A stretch of 63,722 nucleotides of DNA. Source: an uncultured Chromatiales bacterium (GTDB lineage: Bacteria > Pseudomonadota > Gammaproteobacteria > Steroidobacterales > BM003). Made by a program: the position numbers and the translations under genes. Numbering within the stretch: the first letter of the stretch is position 1; each line of letters opens with the position of its first letter. Below are positions 9,016 to 18,578 of the stretch, piece by piece. The notes under the pieces were generated by a model, which had not been told where the DNA came from, made no database searches, and was given only the letters and a program-made list of their open reading frames with translations. Where the stretch lies: NCBI GenBank assembly GCA_937128475.1, contig CAKZML010000025.1, forward strand, positions 1 through 63,722. The letters run 5' to 3'.

Positions 9016-10395
9016 ATGGAAGCCAAATATTTCATTTTTATGGGCGCCACACTGGTATTCATACCGGTGGCGTCGTGGTTTGGAATCCGCTACAGATGGG
9101 CGGAGCGGGCGATTGTGGCCGCCGCATTCTTCTCCACCAGTTACCTGATCGATATCAACCTGGTGTCCATGGAGCTGTACCGGGGCGATACCCGGGGCTT
9201 TGAATTCGGGGTCACCGACTGGATGATCATTTCTCTGATCATCATCATGATCCGGTCGCCCCGCTGGCAGAATCGCACCCTGGAATTATTCCCTCCAAAC
9301 GCGGCGCCCATCATGATGTACATGGGAGTCGCCTTGCTTTCCGCCGTTACGGCTTACGTGGGAATCTACTCCGGGTTCGGCCTGTTCAAGCTTGTGCGGG
9401 CGATCGCCGTGTACTGGGTGGCCTACAATTATCTGCGCAACGAGGAGGACCTGGAGTTCTTCCTGTGGATACTCGCGGCGATTGTTTTCATGGAGTTCAT
9501 TCTCACACTGAAACAACGCGCTACCGGGATATACCGGGCCCAGGGCAGTACCCCTCATTCCAATACCCTCGCCCTGTACATCAACATGATAAATATGATC
9601 TTCATGTCATTTGTGATGAATGACGGTCGCAAGCACTGGAGACGATACGTATACCTGGCGGTGCTGGGCATGGGCACCCTGATCGTCCTGGCAACCTTCT
9701 CTCGCGGAGCGCTGGTGATGATGGTGGGTTGCTATGGGCTGGTAATTGGAATATCCCTTGCGCGTACTCCGAAGGCGAGGAAGTTCCTCATGGTGGGCAT
9801 CATGATGTTGGCTGCCATACCTGTGGCAGCAGTCGTGCTGCCATCGATTGTTCACCGCTTCCTCACCGCGCCTGTTGATGCGGAGGAAAGCCGGCACCAG
9901 GCGAATGAGGCCGCCTATGCCATGGCGAACAATCATATATTCGGGGTTGGGATTAATAATTACTCTCACGTCATTAACGAAACCGCCTACTCGCGATTCA
10001 TCCCGTTCGAGGGTGATCGCGGAATTGTCCACAACATATACCTGTTGCACGCCTGTGAGATGGGCTGGCTGGGCATGCTGGTCTTCCTGGTGATGATAGG
10101 CAATGGCATGTGGTTGGGAATTCGGCAGTTGTTTAGTCGAACCGATGATCCGCCTTCCTGGATGGCCCTGGGGATTGTTATCGGCATGCTTTCGCTGTGG
10201 ATTCAGTCCTTGCTGGAATGGGCGTTCCGCCAGACCTATCTGACCGTCGAGTATTTCATGCTGGCAGGTTTTCTCGCAGCCATGCCCCGGGTCGTGGCGG
10301 CCACTCGCAAGCAGAAACGCAAACGGTTAATAGCCACACTTTTGCTGGCCCAGGCGGCTCAAGCCCCGCGGCCCGTGGCGCCGGCCTCTACCTGA
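9016..10395 (+). CDS. O-antigen ligase/polymerase family (Wzy-like) membrane protein
   Basis: Polytopic membrane protein with a Wzy_C-like segment (TFSRGALVMMVGCYGLV). The start is at the ATG at 9016, preceded by AGGTAAGGAG. Confidence 0.7.
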   Translation: MEAKYFIFMGATLVFIPVASWFGIRYRWAERAIVAAAFFSTSYLIDINLVSMELYRGDTRGFEFGVTDWMIISLIIIMIRSPRWQNRTLELFPPNAAPIMMYMGVALLSAVTAYVGIYSGFGLFKLVRAIAVYWVAYNYLRNEEDLEFFLWILAAIVFMEFILTLKQRATGIYRAQGSTPHSNTLALYINMINMIFMSFVMNDGRKHWRRYVYLAVLGMGTLIVLATFSRGALVMMVGCYGLVIGISLARTPKARKFLMVGIMMLAAIPVAAVVLPSIVHRFLTAPVDAEESRHQANEAAYAMANNHIFGVGINNYSHVINETAYSRFIPFEGDRGIVHNIYLLHACEMGWLGMLVFLVMIGNGMWLGIRQLFSRTDDPPSWMALGIVIGMLSLWIQSLLEWAFRQTYLTVEYFMLAGFLAAMPRVVAATRKQKRKRLIATLLLAQAAQAPRPVAPAST

Positions 10396-10401
10396 GTTTT
10401 C

Positions 10402-12384
10402 CTACTGCAGGGATTTTCCTGGTGGCAGCCACACTTGTACTCGACCGCTATCCGGGAACTGGAATTCATGGGCCAGAATCAGCCCGGGCATGCCGGTATT
10501 CAGGCTCGGAAGTAACTCCGGGTTGAAGCGTTCCAGGTAGTCCTCATACAGCACCAGGGCAGATCCGCTGGCCAGGGTGGCCTGGACCAAATCCCCAGGG
10601 TTGTCGGTCCATGGCCGGGGTTCAGCCCGTCGCCCTGCCCAGAATGCACTGGCAGTCACATACCCGTATCCGTCACCGCTGAGGGCCACCTCCGCAGGCA
10701 TGTGAGTCTTCAGCCATTCACCGACCTGCCTGTGATAGCCGCGGGTTTTCATGGAATGACTGGCAAGCAGGGGCAGGACCACGAGCAGGCTGATCAACAT
10801 GGCCGCAGTGGGGGCGCGTCGCAGGGAGTCGCTTCGTGACGGGCTGAAGACGGCGTTTAGCCAGCGCCCGGCAGGCATTAATGCAGCGGCCGAGAATACG
10901 ATGGCTCCGATCAGGGTGGGAAACAGCATCCGCGGTTCCAGTTGCATGAACGGGTAAAACAGCAACGGCCATGCGCTAAACAGCAACAATGGCCAGGCTG
11001 GATCTCTCCCGGATTCTCTACGCGGATAGACAAGGGGCAGCAGCAAGGCTATGAGGAAAAATGGCGAAAGGATCATTCCAGGAAGGCGCTCGGCGGTGTA
11101 GCGCAGGTTTCGGATCCAGCGCTGCAGGGCTGGCTCTGGGGGTTGCGCAGGCATTTCGGCCAGGCCATAGGTTTCACGGGCTGCCGCTTGTGGGTCCAGC
11201 ATTTCCACGTGCTGTCGACCCAGGTTAGTGCTCTTTCTGAGTAATCCGTGGTCCTGCCAGATCATTTCGTTAGCCGCCGCGTAAGCGACGATAATCGCCA
11301 GGCAAATCAAGCCAACCTTGATACAGGCTGGTCCCAGGTCGGCGATCCGGTCTCGGCCCAGGTAAAGACCGGTGAGCATGGCAAATCCGGCGAAGACGAT
11401 GGCCTCGTTGCGAACCAGTATCCAGCCAGCCAACCCCAGTCCTGCTGCAATAATTGCGAGCAAGTTGCGTGGTCTGTTCCAAAGGGTGCAGATGCCCCAT
11501 AACGCCAATACGGCGCAACACAGGTAAAAAGTTTCCGCATATCCGTTTACAGAATATTCAACCAGCCTGGGGTGCAAGGCGGCGATGATTCCCGCGATCC
11601 GGGCCGCGGTGTAGCCGTAGAGTCGCCGGGTGAGGTCGAAGACGATGGCAACCAGTAGCAAGCCGGGTACCAGGCTGGCGAGTACCAGTGCGGCGTATTG
11701 GCCAAGTCCTGCGGCCACCAGTCCCGCCTGCCAGAAATCAAACAAGCTGTGCCAAAAAGAGTCCGCCACACTGGCCTGGCCATGACCGATAAACCAGGCA
11801 ACCCAGGAATAGTTAATTGCGTCGCCATAGGCAACCGGTGCGGCCCAGACAAACCAAAGTCTTGCGAGCAGGCCCAGGGCCAGGATGCCTGACAACCACT
11901 TCCAGGCACCTTCAGGCAATTCTGTGCCTGGCAACGCCTCACGCGCCTGCTGCTGGCGAGCATCCTTGAATACCCAGATCCGATAACTCAGGAAGTTGAT
12001 GGCCACTGCGCTGATGACACTGCACAGCCGGGCGGCGTTAAGCAGGGCCAGGGAGGGCATCTCGGCGACCAGGGGAAGGTAGCGCATCATGAATAAGAAG
12101 ACTGCTGTGCTAAGAGCCATGCCCAGCGCCGTAGCCAGTATGAACCTGCCTGCCACCCGGGGTCCCTGGGACTGACCGCTGAAGGACCAGCGGGAGTTAA
12201 GTAAATAGGAATTCGCTGCTGCGGCCGAAAAGGCTGCCACAGCGATCAATGCCAACTGCGTCGTGGTTGAAGGCTGGAGCAGGAAGAACAGCGCATTGGT
12301 AATGCCAAAGTCGATGACAGTGTTGAGGATGCCAACGATGCCGAATCGTGCCGCGCTTAGACGAATGGGTTGGGCGTTTTGCAT
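10402..12384 (-). CDS. GtrA-like domain fused to a GT-C (ArnT/PMT, GT39-like) glycosyltransferase
   Basis: The N-terminal ~130 aa match the GtrA pattern (FGIVGILNTVIDFGITNALFFLL...YRIWVF). This is followed by about 10 TM segments and a C-terminal soluble domain, as in ArnT/PMT_2 enzymes. Confidence 0.65.
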   Translation of the reverse strand: MQNAQPIRLSAARFGIVGILNTVIDFGITNALFFLLQPSTTTQLALIAVAAFSAAAANSYLLNSRWSFSGQSQGPRVAGRFILATALGMALSTAVFLFMMRYLPLVAEMPSLALLNAARLCSVISAVAINFLSYRIWVFKDARQQQAREALPGTELPEGAWKWLSGILALGLLARLWFVWAAPVAYGDAINYSWVAWFIGHGQASVADSFWHSLFDFWQAGLVAAGLGQYAALVLASLVPGLLLVAIVFDLTRRLYGYTAARIAGIIAALHPRLVEYSVNGYAETFYLCCAVLALWGICTLWNRPRNLLAIIAAGLGLAGWILVRNEAIVFAGFAMLTGLYLGRDRIADLGPACIKVGLICLAIIVAYAAANEMIWQDHGLLRKSTNLGRQHVEMLDPQAAARETYGLAEMPAQPPEPALQRWIRNLRYTAERLPGMILSPFFLIALLLPLVYPRRESGRDPAWPLLLFSAWPLLFYPFMQLEPRMLFPTLIGAIVFSAAALMPAGRWLNAVFSPSRSDSLRRAPTAAMLISLLVVLPLLASHSMKTRGYHRQVGEWLKTHMPAEVALSGDGYGYVTASAFWAGRRAEPRPWTDNPGDLVQATLASGSALVLYEDYLERFNPELLPSLNTGMPGLILAHEFQFPDSGRVQVWLPPGKSLQ

Positions 12385-12388
12385 GGGT

Positions 12389-14158
12389 CTACTCTAACGC
12401 GAGACTGGCTTCGCGGGCGCCGGATTCTTCGGAATTGCGTTTGAAAAAACCGGTGTTGTGTTGTCTTATCCTGAGAATGGCGAACGCCATCCGGGCGCTG
12501 TCACGCAGCGGTCGCAGTTTGGATCCTGCAACTTCATGCCATTGAATGGGCACCTCGGTAATAGCGTAACCAAGTAACTGGGCGCGATAAAGCACCTCGA
12601 CATCGAACGCCCAGCCCTGCTCGGTCAGGTTGTTGAACAAGTGCCTGGCAACGTCCTGTCGGAATCCTTTGAAGCCACACTGGGTATCCCCCACGCCGGG
12701 CACCGCGAAAAAGTTCACCAGCCGGTAAAATACCATTCCCAGCAGTTGGCGCAGGGCGCGGCGATTTCTCTCCAACTCCGGCGCCTTGAGGATTCTTGAT
12801 CCCACCGCAACTTCAGATCCGGACTCGAGAACCGGCAGTAATTTATCGATTTCCTGGGCCGGGGTTGAGCCGTCTGCGTCACTGAATATGATGTATCGCC
12901 CCCGGGCTTCCTGGATGCCTCGCATCACCGCAGAGCCCTTGCCGGAATTTTGCTCCAGCCGTATCGCCTTGATATGTGAATCTTTGGCCTGTTCTGCCAG
13001 GACGATATTCATGGTGTTGTCCGTGGAGCCATCGTCTACCACGATGATTTCCCAGAGGTACCTTTTGTCGGCCAGGTGCCGTTGAACCTCCCCCAGGTAG
13101 CGGGGCAGGCGCTGTTCTTCCTGGTAGGCAGGGATAACTATGGAGAGCTTTAACGGTGCCCGTTCAACTTCCGGGGTTGCCGGCCAGCCACCCCTGGGCC
13201 TTTGTGAGCCGAGTATGCGGCTGACAATCGTGTGCTGGAACAGGTCGGAGACCCGTAATTTGTAACGCGAAAGGTAGAGCAGCCCCAGCCCTGCCAGGGT
13301 TGTCAGTCTACAAAACATGAAAGTGCTCAGCAGCAGCATGGCCGTATCCGACAGGCCGCTAGTGAAAAGCAGCAGGGCGGGCAATTGGACTATGCCCAGC
13401 CCAAGCGGCAGCCCGGGTCGATGGGTCACCAGCGCCACGGCCAGCCAGAGGCCCATTGCCGCATTAGTGGGTAGCATTCCGTTGCTTGCCCAGGCAAATA
13501 CCATGGCTTCGACCGCCCACAGGAAAACGGTTGTAAAGCAAGTGGCCAGGTAACCCCGTGGTTTGACGGTACGTTGTTTAAGCGTCTTGTGGCCCCAGAG
13601 CAGTGTGCCGATGCCGACTATCAGCGCGACAACTGCCGCCAGGGTGTGGCCGTCTACTGACAGCCATAGTGTTGTCGCCAACATGGCGCTGGCAGGGAAC
13701 GAGGCGGCCTGGATATCTTGCCAACTCGATGCCAGGGCTCTGTCCTGTCCGGTTTCCCGCATTTGGAATGCTGTCTGGAATCTGCGGGAGGGCAGCAGAG
13801 GGCTGATCCAGCGTACCAGTTGAAAAATGAACTCGAATGATATGCCCTGGTGCAGCGAAAGCTTTGTACCAAAAAATACTTTCCGACGGAAACCATTCAG
13901 CAGCAAGGGCAGTACCGCCAGCATGATGAGCCCGGGCAGCGCCCGGTCAGGTGCCAGTTGGAAGAGTGTCGCGTTGGTCAAATGAGCAAGAAACAGCCAC
14001 AGGGCCAGGCCTGCTCCGGCGAGCATGACCGTGGCAACTGCCAACCCACCGGAAGTTTGGTGTTGTGGAGGTGTGCGGCGTGCTGAAGTCACTGAGTAGT
14101 CATCCCCTTGTCTTTGTCGAAATCCTTCTTGATTTCGACTTCGGTGGTCACTTTGCAA
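12389..14158 (-). CDS. Flippase-like (LPG_synthase_TM/UPF0104-type) membrane domain fused to a GT2 polyprenyl-phosphate hexosyltransferase (GtrB/ArnC/DPG-synthase-like)
   Basis: The C-terminus reads LSIVIPAYQEE...IIVVDDGSTDNT...NSGKGSAVMRGI...IIFSDADGS...AVGSR (GT2 DXD type). The N-terminal ~330 aa are polytopic. The start is uncertain: TTG at 14158, or an in-frame ATG at 14026. Confidence 0.7.
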   Translation of the reverse strand: MQSDHRSRNQEGFRQRQGDDYSVTSARRTPPQHQTSGGLAVATVMLAGAGLALWLFLAHLTNATLFQLAPDRALPGLIMLAVLPLLLNGFRRKVFFGTKLSLHQGISFEFIFQLVRWISPLLPSRRFQTAFQMRETGQDRALASSWQDIQAASFPASAMLATTLWLSVDGHTLAAVVALIVGIGTLLWGHKTLKQRTVKPRGYLATCFTTVFLWAVEAMVFAWASNGMLPTNAAMGLWLAVALVTHRPGLPLGLGIVQLPALLLFTSGLSDTAMLLLSTFMFCRLTTLAGLGLLYLSRYKLRVSDLFQHTIVSRILGSQRPRGGWPATPEVERAPLKLSIVIPAYQEEQRLPRYLGEVQRHLADKRYLWEIIVVDDGSTDNTMNIVLAEQAKDSHIKAIRLEQNSGKGSAVMRGIQEARGRYIIFSDADGSTPAQEIDKLLPVLESGSEVAVGSRILKAPELERNRRALRQLLGMVFYRLVNFFAVPGVGDTQCGFKGFRQDVARHLFNNLTEQGWAFDVEVLYRAQLLGYAITEVPIQWHEVAGSKLRPLRDSARMAFAILRIRQHNTGFFKRNSEESGAREASLALE

Positions 14159-14251
14159 ATCATTTTGCAGTTGGCCGCCTGCTATAAGGCCGTTCCTGTG
14201 GTGCAGATTGCTAGCACAGCCGGGCTGTTAGACAGGCCATCTACAGGTAAC

Positions 14252-14267
14252 AGCAAGCATCATGCCA
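14252..14267 (-). promoter_or_regulatory. Sigma-54 -24/-12 promoter motif
   Basis: The minus strand reads TGGCAT-GATGC-TTGCT with GG-N10-GC spacing, upstream of the 14158 operon. Confidence 0.7.
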
Positions 14268-14300
14268 TAAATGAGAACTATCGCCGCCTCTGCTCAAAGT

Positions 14301-14316
14301 TGGCCCGGGACTTGCA
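14301..14316 (+). promoter_or_regulatory. Sigma-54 -24/-12 promoter motif
   Basis: TGGCCC-GGGAC-TTGCA with GG-N10-GC spacing, about 85 nt upstream of the ATG at 14401. Confidence 0.65.
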
Positions 14317-14400
14317 TTTCATTACCTCGAACGGCGCGACTGGGTTGAATTCAGTTCGCCACACATGTCGAGACGGCGCACTGCCGGGAGCAGAGTTTTA

Positions 14401-15279
14401 ATGGGTAAGGACGTGAAAAAAGTCAGTATTGTGATGCGGTCGTATAACGACGTGGGTGTCATTCGCCAGACCCTTCAGGCAGTAAAGTCCCAGACCTTCA
14501 AGGACTTTGATCTGTGGAATTTTGATTCGACCTCAAATGATGGAACCCTTGAGATTATTCGGGAATACAACGTTCCGGAGTGTATCAAGCTAAATGACAG
14601 CGCCAACTACAATCCGGGTCGGATACTTAACGAGGCGGTGGCCGCCTGTACCGGCGAAATCATTGTTTTTATTAATTCTGATGCGACGCCGACCTCGAGT
14701 ACCTGGCTGGAGGACTTGATCAAGCCCTTCAATGACCCTGAGGTAGGCACGGTGTATGGACGCCAGGTGGCGAGGCCCGATTGTCGCAGTCTGTTTGTTA
14801 AAGATACTGAGCGTGCTTTCGGCGACGGCAAGGTTGCCAACTCCTGGGTGCACTTTTTCTCCATGGCGAATTCAGCCATCCGCAGAGACCTGGTGGAGAC
14901 GGTTCCCTTCGAGACCCGCATTCAATATTCCGAGGATATCGAGTGGAGTTACCGGGTGAAGCGCATGGGCAAGAAAGTGGTCTATGTCCCAAGCGCCGAG
15001 GCCATGCACTCACACAACTATACGATCAAGCAGTCGTACAAGCGTCACTTTGGCGAAGGTATGGCTGATTCATGGATATTCCGTAGAGGTGAGGTTAACT
15101 CCTCTTTGCTGCGATATTTTCTGGCCCCTGCCGTTATGGAAATTTTCCGGGACATGGTTTGGGGTATAAGGACAGGCTCTGTGGATGCCTTGATTCACAG
15201 CGTTCCACTGCGAGTCACCCAGAAATGGGCTCGCTGGCGTGGTTACGCCCAGGGCAGGAGGGTTTATGGAGCAGGTTAA
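14401..15279 (+). CDS. GT2-family glycosyltransferase
   Basis: VSIVMRSYND...SQTFKDFDLWNFDSTSNDGT...FINSDATP has the GT-A DXD pattern. The start is taken at the ATG at 14401. Confidence 0.75.
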   Translation: MGKDVKKVSIVMRSYNDVGVIRQTLQAVKSQTFKDFDLWNFDSTSNDGTLEIIREYNVPECIKLNDSANYNPGRILNEAVAACTGEIIVFINSDATPTSSTWLEDLIKPFNDPEVGTVYGRQVARPDCRSLFVKDTERAFGDGKVANSWVHFFSMANSAIRRDLVETVPFETRIQYSEDIEWSYRVKRMGKKVVYVPSAEAMHSHNYTIKQSYKRHFGEGMADSWIFRRGEVNSSLLRYFLAPAVMEIFRDMVWGIRTGSVDALIHSVPLRVTQKWARWRGYAQGRRVYGAG

Positions 15280-16417
15280 TAGAACAGTGTTCACGCTGGG
15301 GAGGCAGCCGGGAGCGGAAGATCGCATTCGGCATGACCAGGAAATTGTCACCCGGGCGGTGGAAAAAGCAGTTCCCGAGAAGCAGATGAAGGGGCTGATT
15401 CTTGCCGGAGGTTATGGTCGCAGAGAAGGCGGCTATCGCAAACATGGCGAAAAGTATTTTCCGATGAATGACTACGACTATTTCATCGTCATCGATGGCA
15501 GTAAGGAAGAGTGCCTGGCATTCCATGAAAAGCTTGTTCACCTTGGGCATGAATTAACCCGGGAAGTAGGCGTGGAAGTAGATTTCTTTGTACTGCGCCA
15601 TGCGGAACTGCCACGCCTTGAATACTCCCTCATGTATGCCGAGCTCAAGTGGGGGCACGTGGTGTTACTGGGTGATCCACTGGTTCTTGCGGATATGGCT
15701 CCCATGCCCCTTGAAGGCCTGGACTTGTCAGAGTTTTCTCGATTGTTGATGAACCGGGGCTCGCTTTTATTGTTGAACAGTGCGGCGCTTGGAAAGAATG
15801 AGGTGAAAGGTTTTGAAGCACGCGAAGAGTTTGCGCGCTACCTGGACAAAGCGATTGTGGCCTGCGCGGATGTGCGACTGGCGGTTGCCGGTACTTACAA
15901 TACCTCTGTGCTTGTCAGACAAGAAAAGCTGGCCGAATTAACCTGGGAAGGCGATCAGGAATTCAGGGAGGACTTTCACAGGGCGATGGATTCACGTTAC
16001 GGACCCGAGGCCATCCTGATTCCCGAGGGTCAGGAACGGGCTGTACTGGATCGGGTTGTGGGGCAATGGCTCCAGGCACTGTCCCACCTGGAGACCGCTC
16101 GCCTTGGGAGTGCCCCAGTTTGGTCGAGCTATGCGATGCCCCGGGTCAGCAAAGGCCAGGGAAGAAAAGGCCTGTTGGGAATATTCAGAAACCTGTTGGT
16201 CAATATTCGTGATTTTGGTTTAAAGGAATCACTGAAGAATATTGGTTGGATACGACGCTATCCCCGTGAGCGCTTGTTGTCGGTATTGCCCGGGTTGCTG
16301 AACCCTGCACTGGAAGTTCCGCTTGATGCCCAAGCCAAGGCATTGGCGGTGGGCGGCGCCCAGGAAAGAGATGTTTTGATAAAGCGATACCTGGAGCTTT
16401 GGGGACGTTATTCCTGA
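15266..16417 (+). CDS. Uncharacterised protein with an N-terminal Pol-beta-type nucleotidyltransferase-fold signature
   Basis: LILAGGYGRREGG(x14)NDYDYFIVI...VEVDFFVL matches the hG[GS]...DxD...D signature. AGGAGG precedes the ATG at 15266, and the gene overlaps the upstream GT2 by 14 nt. Confidence 0.5.
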   Translation: MEQVNRTVFTLGRQPGAEDRIRHDQEIVTRAVEKAVPEKQMKGLILAGGYGRREGGYRKHGEKYFPMNDYDYFIVIDGSKEECLAFHEKLVHLGHELTREVGVEVDFFVLRHAELPRLEYSLMYAELKWGHVVLLGDPLVLADMAPMPLEGLDLSEFSRLLMNRGSLLLLNSAALGKNEVKGFEAREEFARYLDKAIVACADVRLAVAGTYNTSVLVRQEKLAELTWEGDQEFREDFHRAMDSRYGPEAILIPEGQERAVLDRVVGQWLQALSHLETARLGSAPVWSSYAMPRVSKGQGRKGLLGIFRNLLVNIRDFGLKESLKNIGWIRRYPRERLLSVLPGLLNPALEVPLDAQAKALAVGGAQERDVLIKRYLELWGRYS

Positions 16418-18570
16418 TTGCCCTGTACCGCCGGCCATCCGGTGACGGCATGCTCATCCGACAGAAGAGACAGGGCAACACCTGTTATCGCCACCTCCGC
16501 AATGGTGGGTTCGCTCATCGGCGGCAGTAAATTGCTGTCGGTGTAGCGGCGCAGAGCCGGGTAGGAAGAGAACCTTTCAACACCTTCAGATTCGGGCCAG
16601 TAGGACTGGTTAACAGCGCGAGTGCTGGGCCAGGTGCCGGGCAGCTGATAGTGGGGGCCGTTAACAGGAATACCCGCCAATGCTTTGCCTGTCGGGCTGT
16701 ATTGAGACAGCTTGGACAAGGGATGTTCGGGGCTGCGCGCTCCGGTCCCGGTGATGTAGGACAACCCCTGGGGATTGCTTCCCAACTGGACTGATGCACT
16801 TTCCCAGGCCAGGTCCCGATAGCGTGTATCTCCGGTCAGTTGATAAGCCTGTAGAAGTGGCAGCACCGCCCGGGTGGAATGGGCGAAGTTGCCCCAGCCG
16901 GTGAGTTCTATCCTCGGGTGCATGGCTGCCCGGAATGGATGTGCATCGGCCATTCTCAGGCGCCAGTCGGCCCCGGCAATCAGTGTCCGGCGGGCGTGGG
17001 TAATGTGATCAGGATTGCGCTGTGCCGAAACACTCATCAGGTAGGCCCAGATAGCCGCCATGCCCTGGTCCTTGAATGAGACCATGCCCGTGGGATCGAG
17101 TTTTACTTTATCTATACGACTCTCGTATTCCCGTAGATACCTGGCATCCCCGGTTGTTCTGAACAGTTCTGCGGCAGCCCAGGTAATGGCGTCCTCAACC
17201 GACTTGTCAGGGTATTCACCCGCGGAGATGCCGGCCGGGTTTCGATAGACTTGGCCCGCTGCCGGCCATACCGGGTGGGTGTCCAGGTAGGTCCAGGCTG
17301 CCCTTGCGGCTTCCAGTACCTGCCGTGATCGTTCCGGGCGCCATGGGGCAATTAACCTGGCGTGACTTGCGGCCATTGCCGCAAACACCGCAGTGGCCTG
17401 AGTGGTTTTCTCGAATATAAATCTTGGCCGCTCGACCTGGCCTGGTAATCCCTCGTCCCAGCGCTGGCTGGCGATTCGCCAATACACTCCGCCGTCTGAG
17501 TCCTGCATGGAAAGCGCCCAGTCCATGCCCCATTCAAGTTCATCAAGGATGTCGGGAATGCCATTGCCACTTTCCGGGATGCCCAGGTCGCCGTCCCTGA
17601 AATTCCGGGGTGCGAGGTCCAGGCCGGTGCTGACGGCGAACCAGACCGGTGCCGCATTGGTCATGTATTGCCCGTAGTCTCCGGCATCGAACCAGCCCCG
17701 ACGAATGGCTTTGAACTGACCGGCTTTTTCGCCGTGGCCCAGGGGCGAGGTACCTACCGAGGCATGAAAAATACCATTCAAGCTATCAGGTATGCCTGCT
17801 TCGCGTTGATGAGGCGGATCTGCCCAGGGAGTGGAAATCGCCGTTCCGTTTCGCGAGTGATAGAACACCCGGAGTACTTTGCGAGCTATCGGGGCATAGA
17901 CATGCTCAGCGATGAGAAATGGGTCTGAACGGCCGAGCCCCGGGACCTTTAAGCGATAAGCGCCGGGTGCGGTCAGGGCAGTGAAATCTGCCTGGTAAAC
18001 GTCATTGCCGCTCCAGGGATCGGCTGCTGAGCGCAGCTTGAGAGGACCACGGAAGACTTCTTTTCCTTGAGAATTCACGACTTGAAATTCTCTGCTGCTC
18101 ACGGGCAACGGGCCTGCGGTGCCTAGCCAGCCTCCAGCAAAAGCAATCTTCGGAGCTGCCGGTACATACCCGGTTTGATTGACCTGCAAATAGGGTGTGA
18201 GTTGGTTCTCGTACAGTCGAAACTCGACGTCCTGGTCGGCCACATGCAGCCGGTAACTGCCGGTAATTGTCAGAGGGGAGGCAAGTCGCAGGTGCAGGCG
18301 GTCCTCGGTGACGGCATTGTGGCGCTTGTCCAGGCCCACTGCCTGGCGATCACTGCCTGCTTTAAGTATTTTCAGCGAGTTTCCCGCTTCATCCTGCAGT
18401 CGATATTCCTCTACGGAACGACAGCAGGTCCGGTGATCCAGCCCTGGCACGAGCAGTGTGACCGAGTACTCGGAGACAGTCAGCACCCTCACGGACCTCG
18501 CCCCGGTGCTGGCCGAGCAGGGCATCAGCAGGCACAGCCACAGCAGTACAGGTCTGATGGGGGAGGGCAT
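16408..18570 (-). CDS. Secreted glycoside hydrolase family 9-like enzyme with an N-terminal Ig-like domain
   Basis: Signal peptide plus GH9-type motifs (WFDAGDYGQY, LSYITGTGARSPEHP, C-terminal YTDS...SEPTIAEVA). Its 3' end overlaps the convergent CDS by 10 nt. Confidence 0.65.
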   Translation of the reverse strand: MPSPIRPVLLWLCLLMPCSASTGARSVRVLTVSEYSVTLLVPGLDHRTCCRSVEEYRLQDEAGNSLKILKAGSDRQAVGLDKRHNAVTEDRLHLRLASPLTITGSYRLHVADQDVEFRLYENQLTPYLQVNQTGYVPAAPKIAFAGGWLGTAGPLPVSSREFQVVNSQGKEVFRGPLKLRSAADPWSGNDVYQADFTALTAPGAYRLKVPGLGRSDPFLIAEHVYAPIARKVLRVFYHSRNGTAISTPWADPPHQREAGIPDSLNGIFHASVGTSPLGHGEKAGQFKAIRRGWFDAGDYGQYMTNAAPVWFAVSTGLDLAPRNFRDGDLGIPESGNGIPDILDELEWGMDWALSMQDSDGGVYWRIASQRWDEGLPGQVERPRFIFEKTTQATAVFAAMAASHARLIAPWRPERSRQVLEAARAAWTYLDTHPVWPAAGQVYRNPAGISAGEYPDKSVEDAITWAAAELFRTTGDARYLREYESRIDKVKLDPTGMVSFKDQGMAAIWAYLMSVSAQRNPDHITHARRTLIAGADWRLRMADAHPFRAAMHPRIELTGWGNFAHSTRAVLPLLQAYQLTGDTRYRDLAWESASVQLGSNPQGLSYITGTGARSPEHPLSKLSQYSPTGKALAGIPVNGPHYQLPGTWPSTRAVNQSYWPESEGVERFSSYPALRRYTDSNLLPPMSEPTIAEVAITGVALSLLSDEHAVTGWPAVQGNQE

Positions 18571-18578
18571 GAGGCGCG

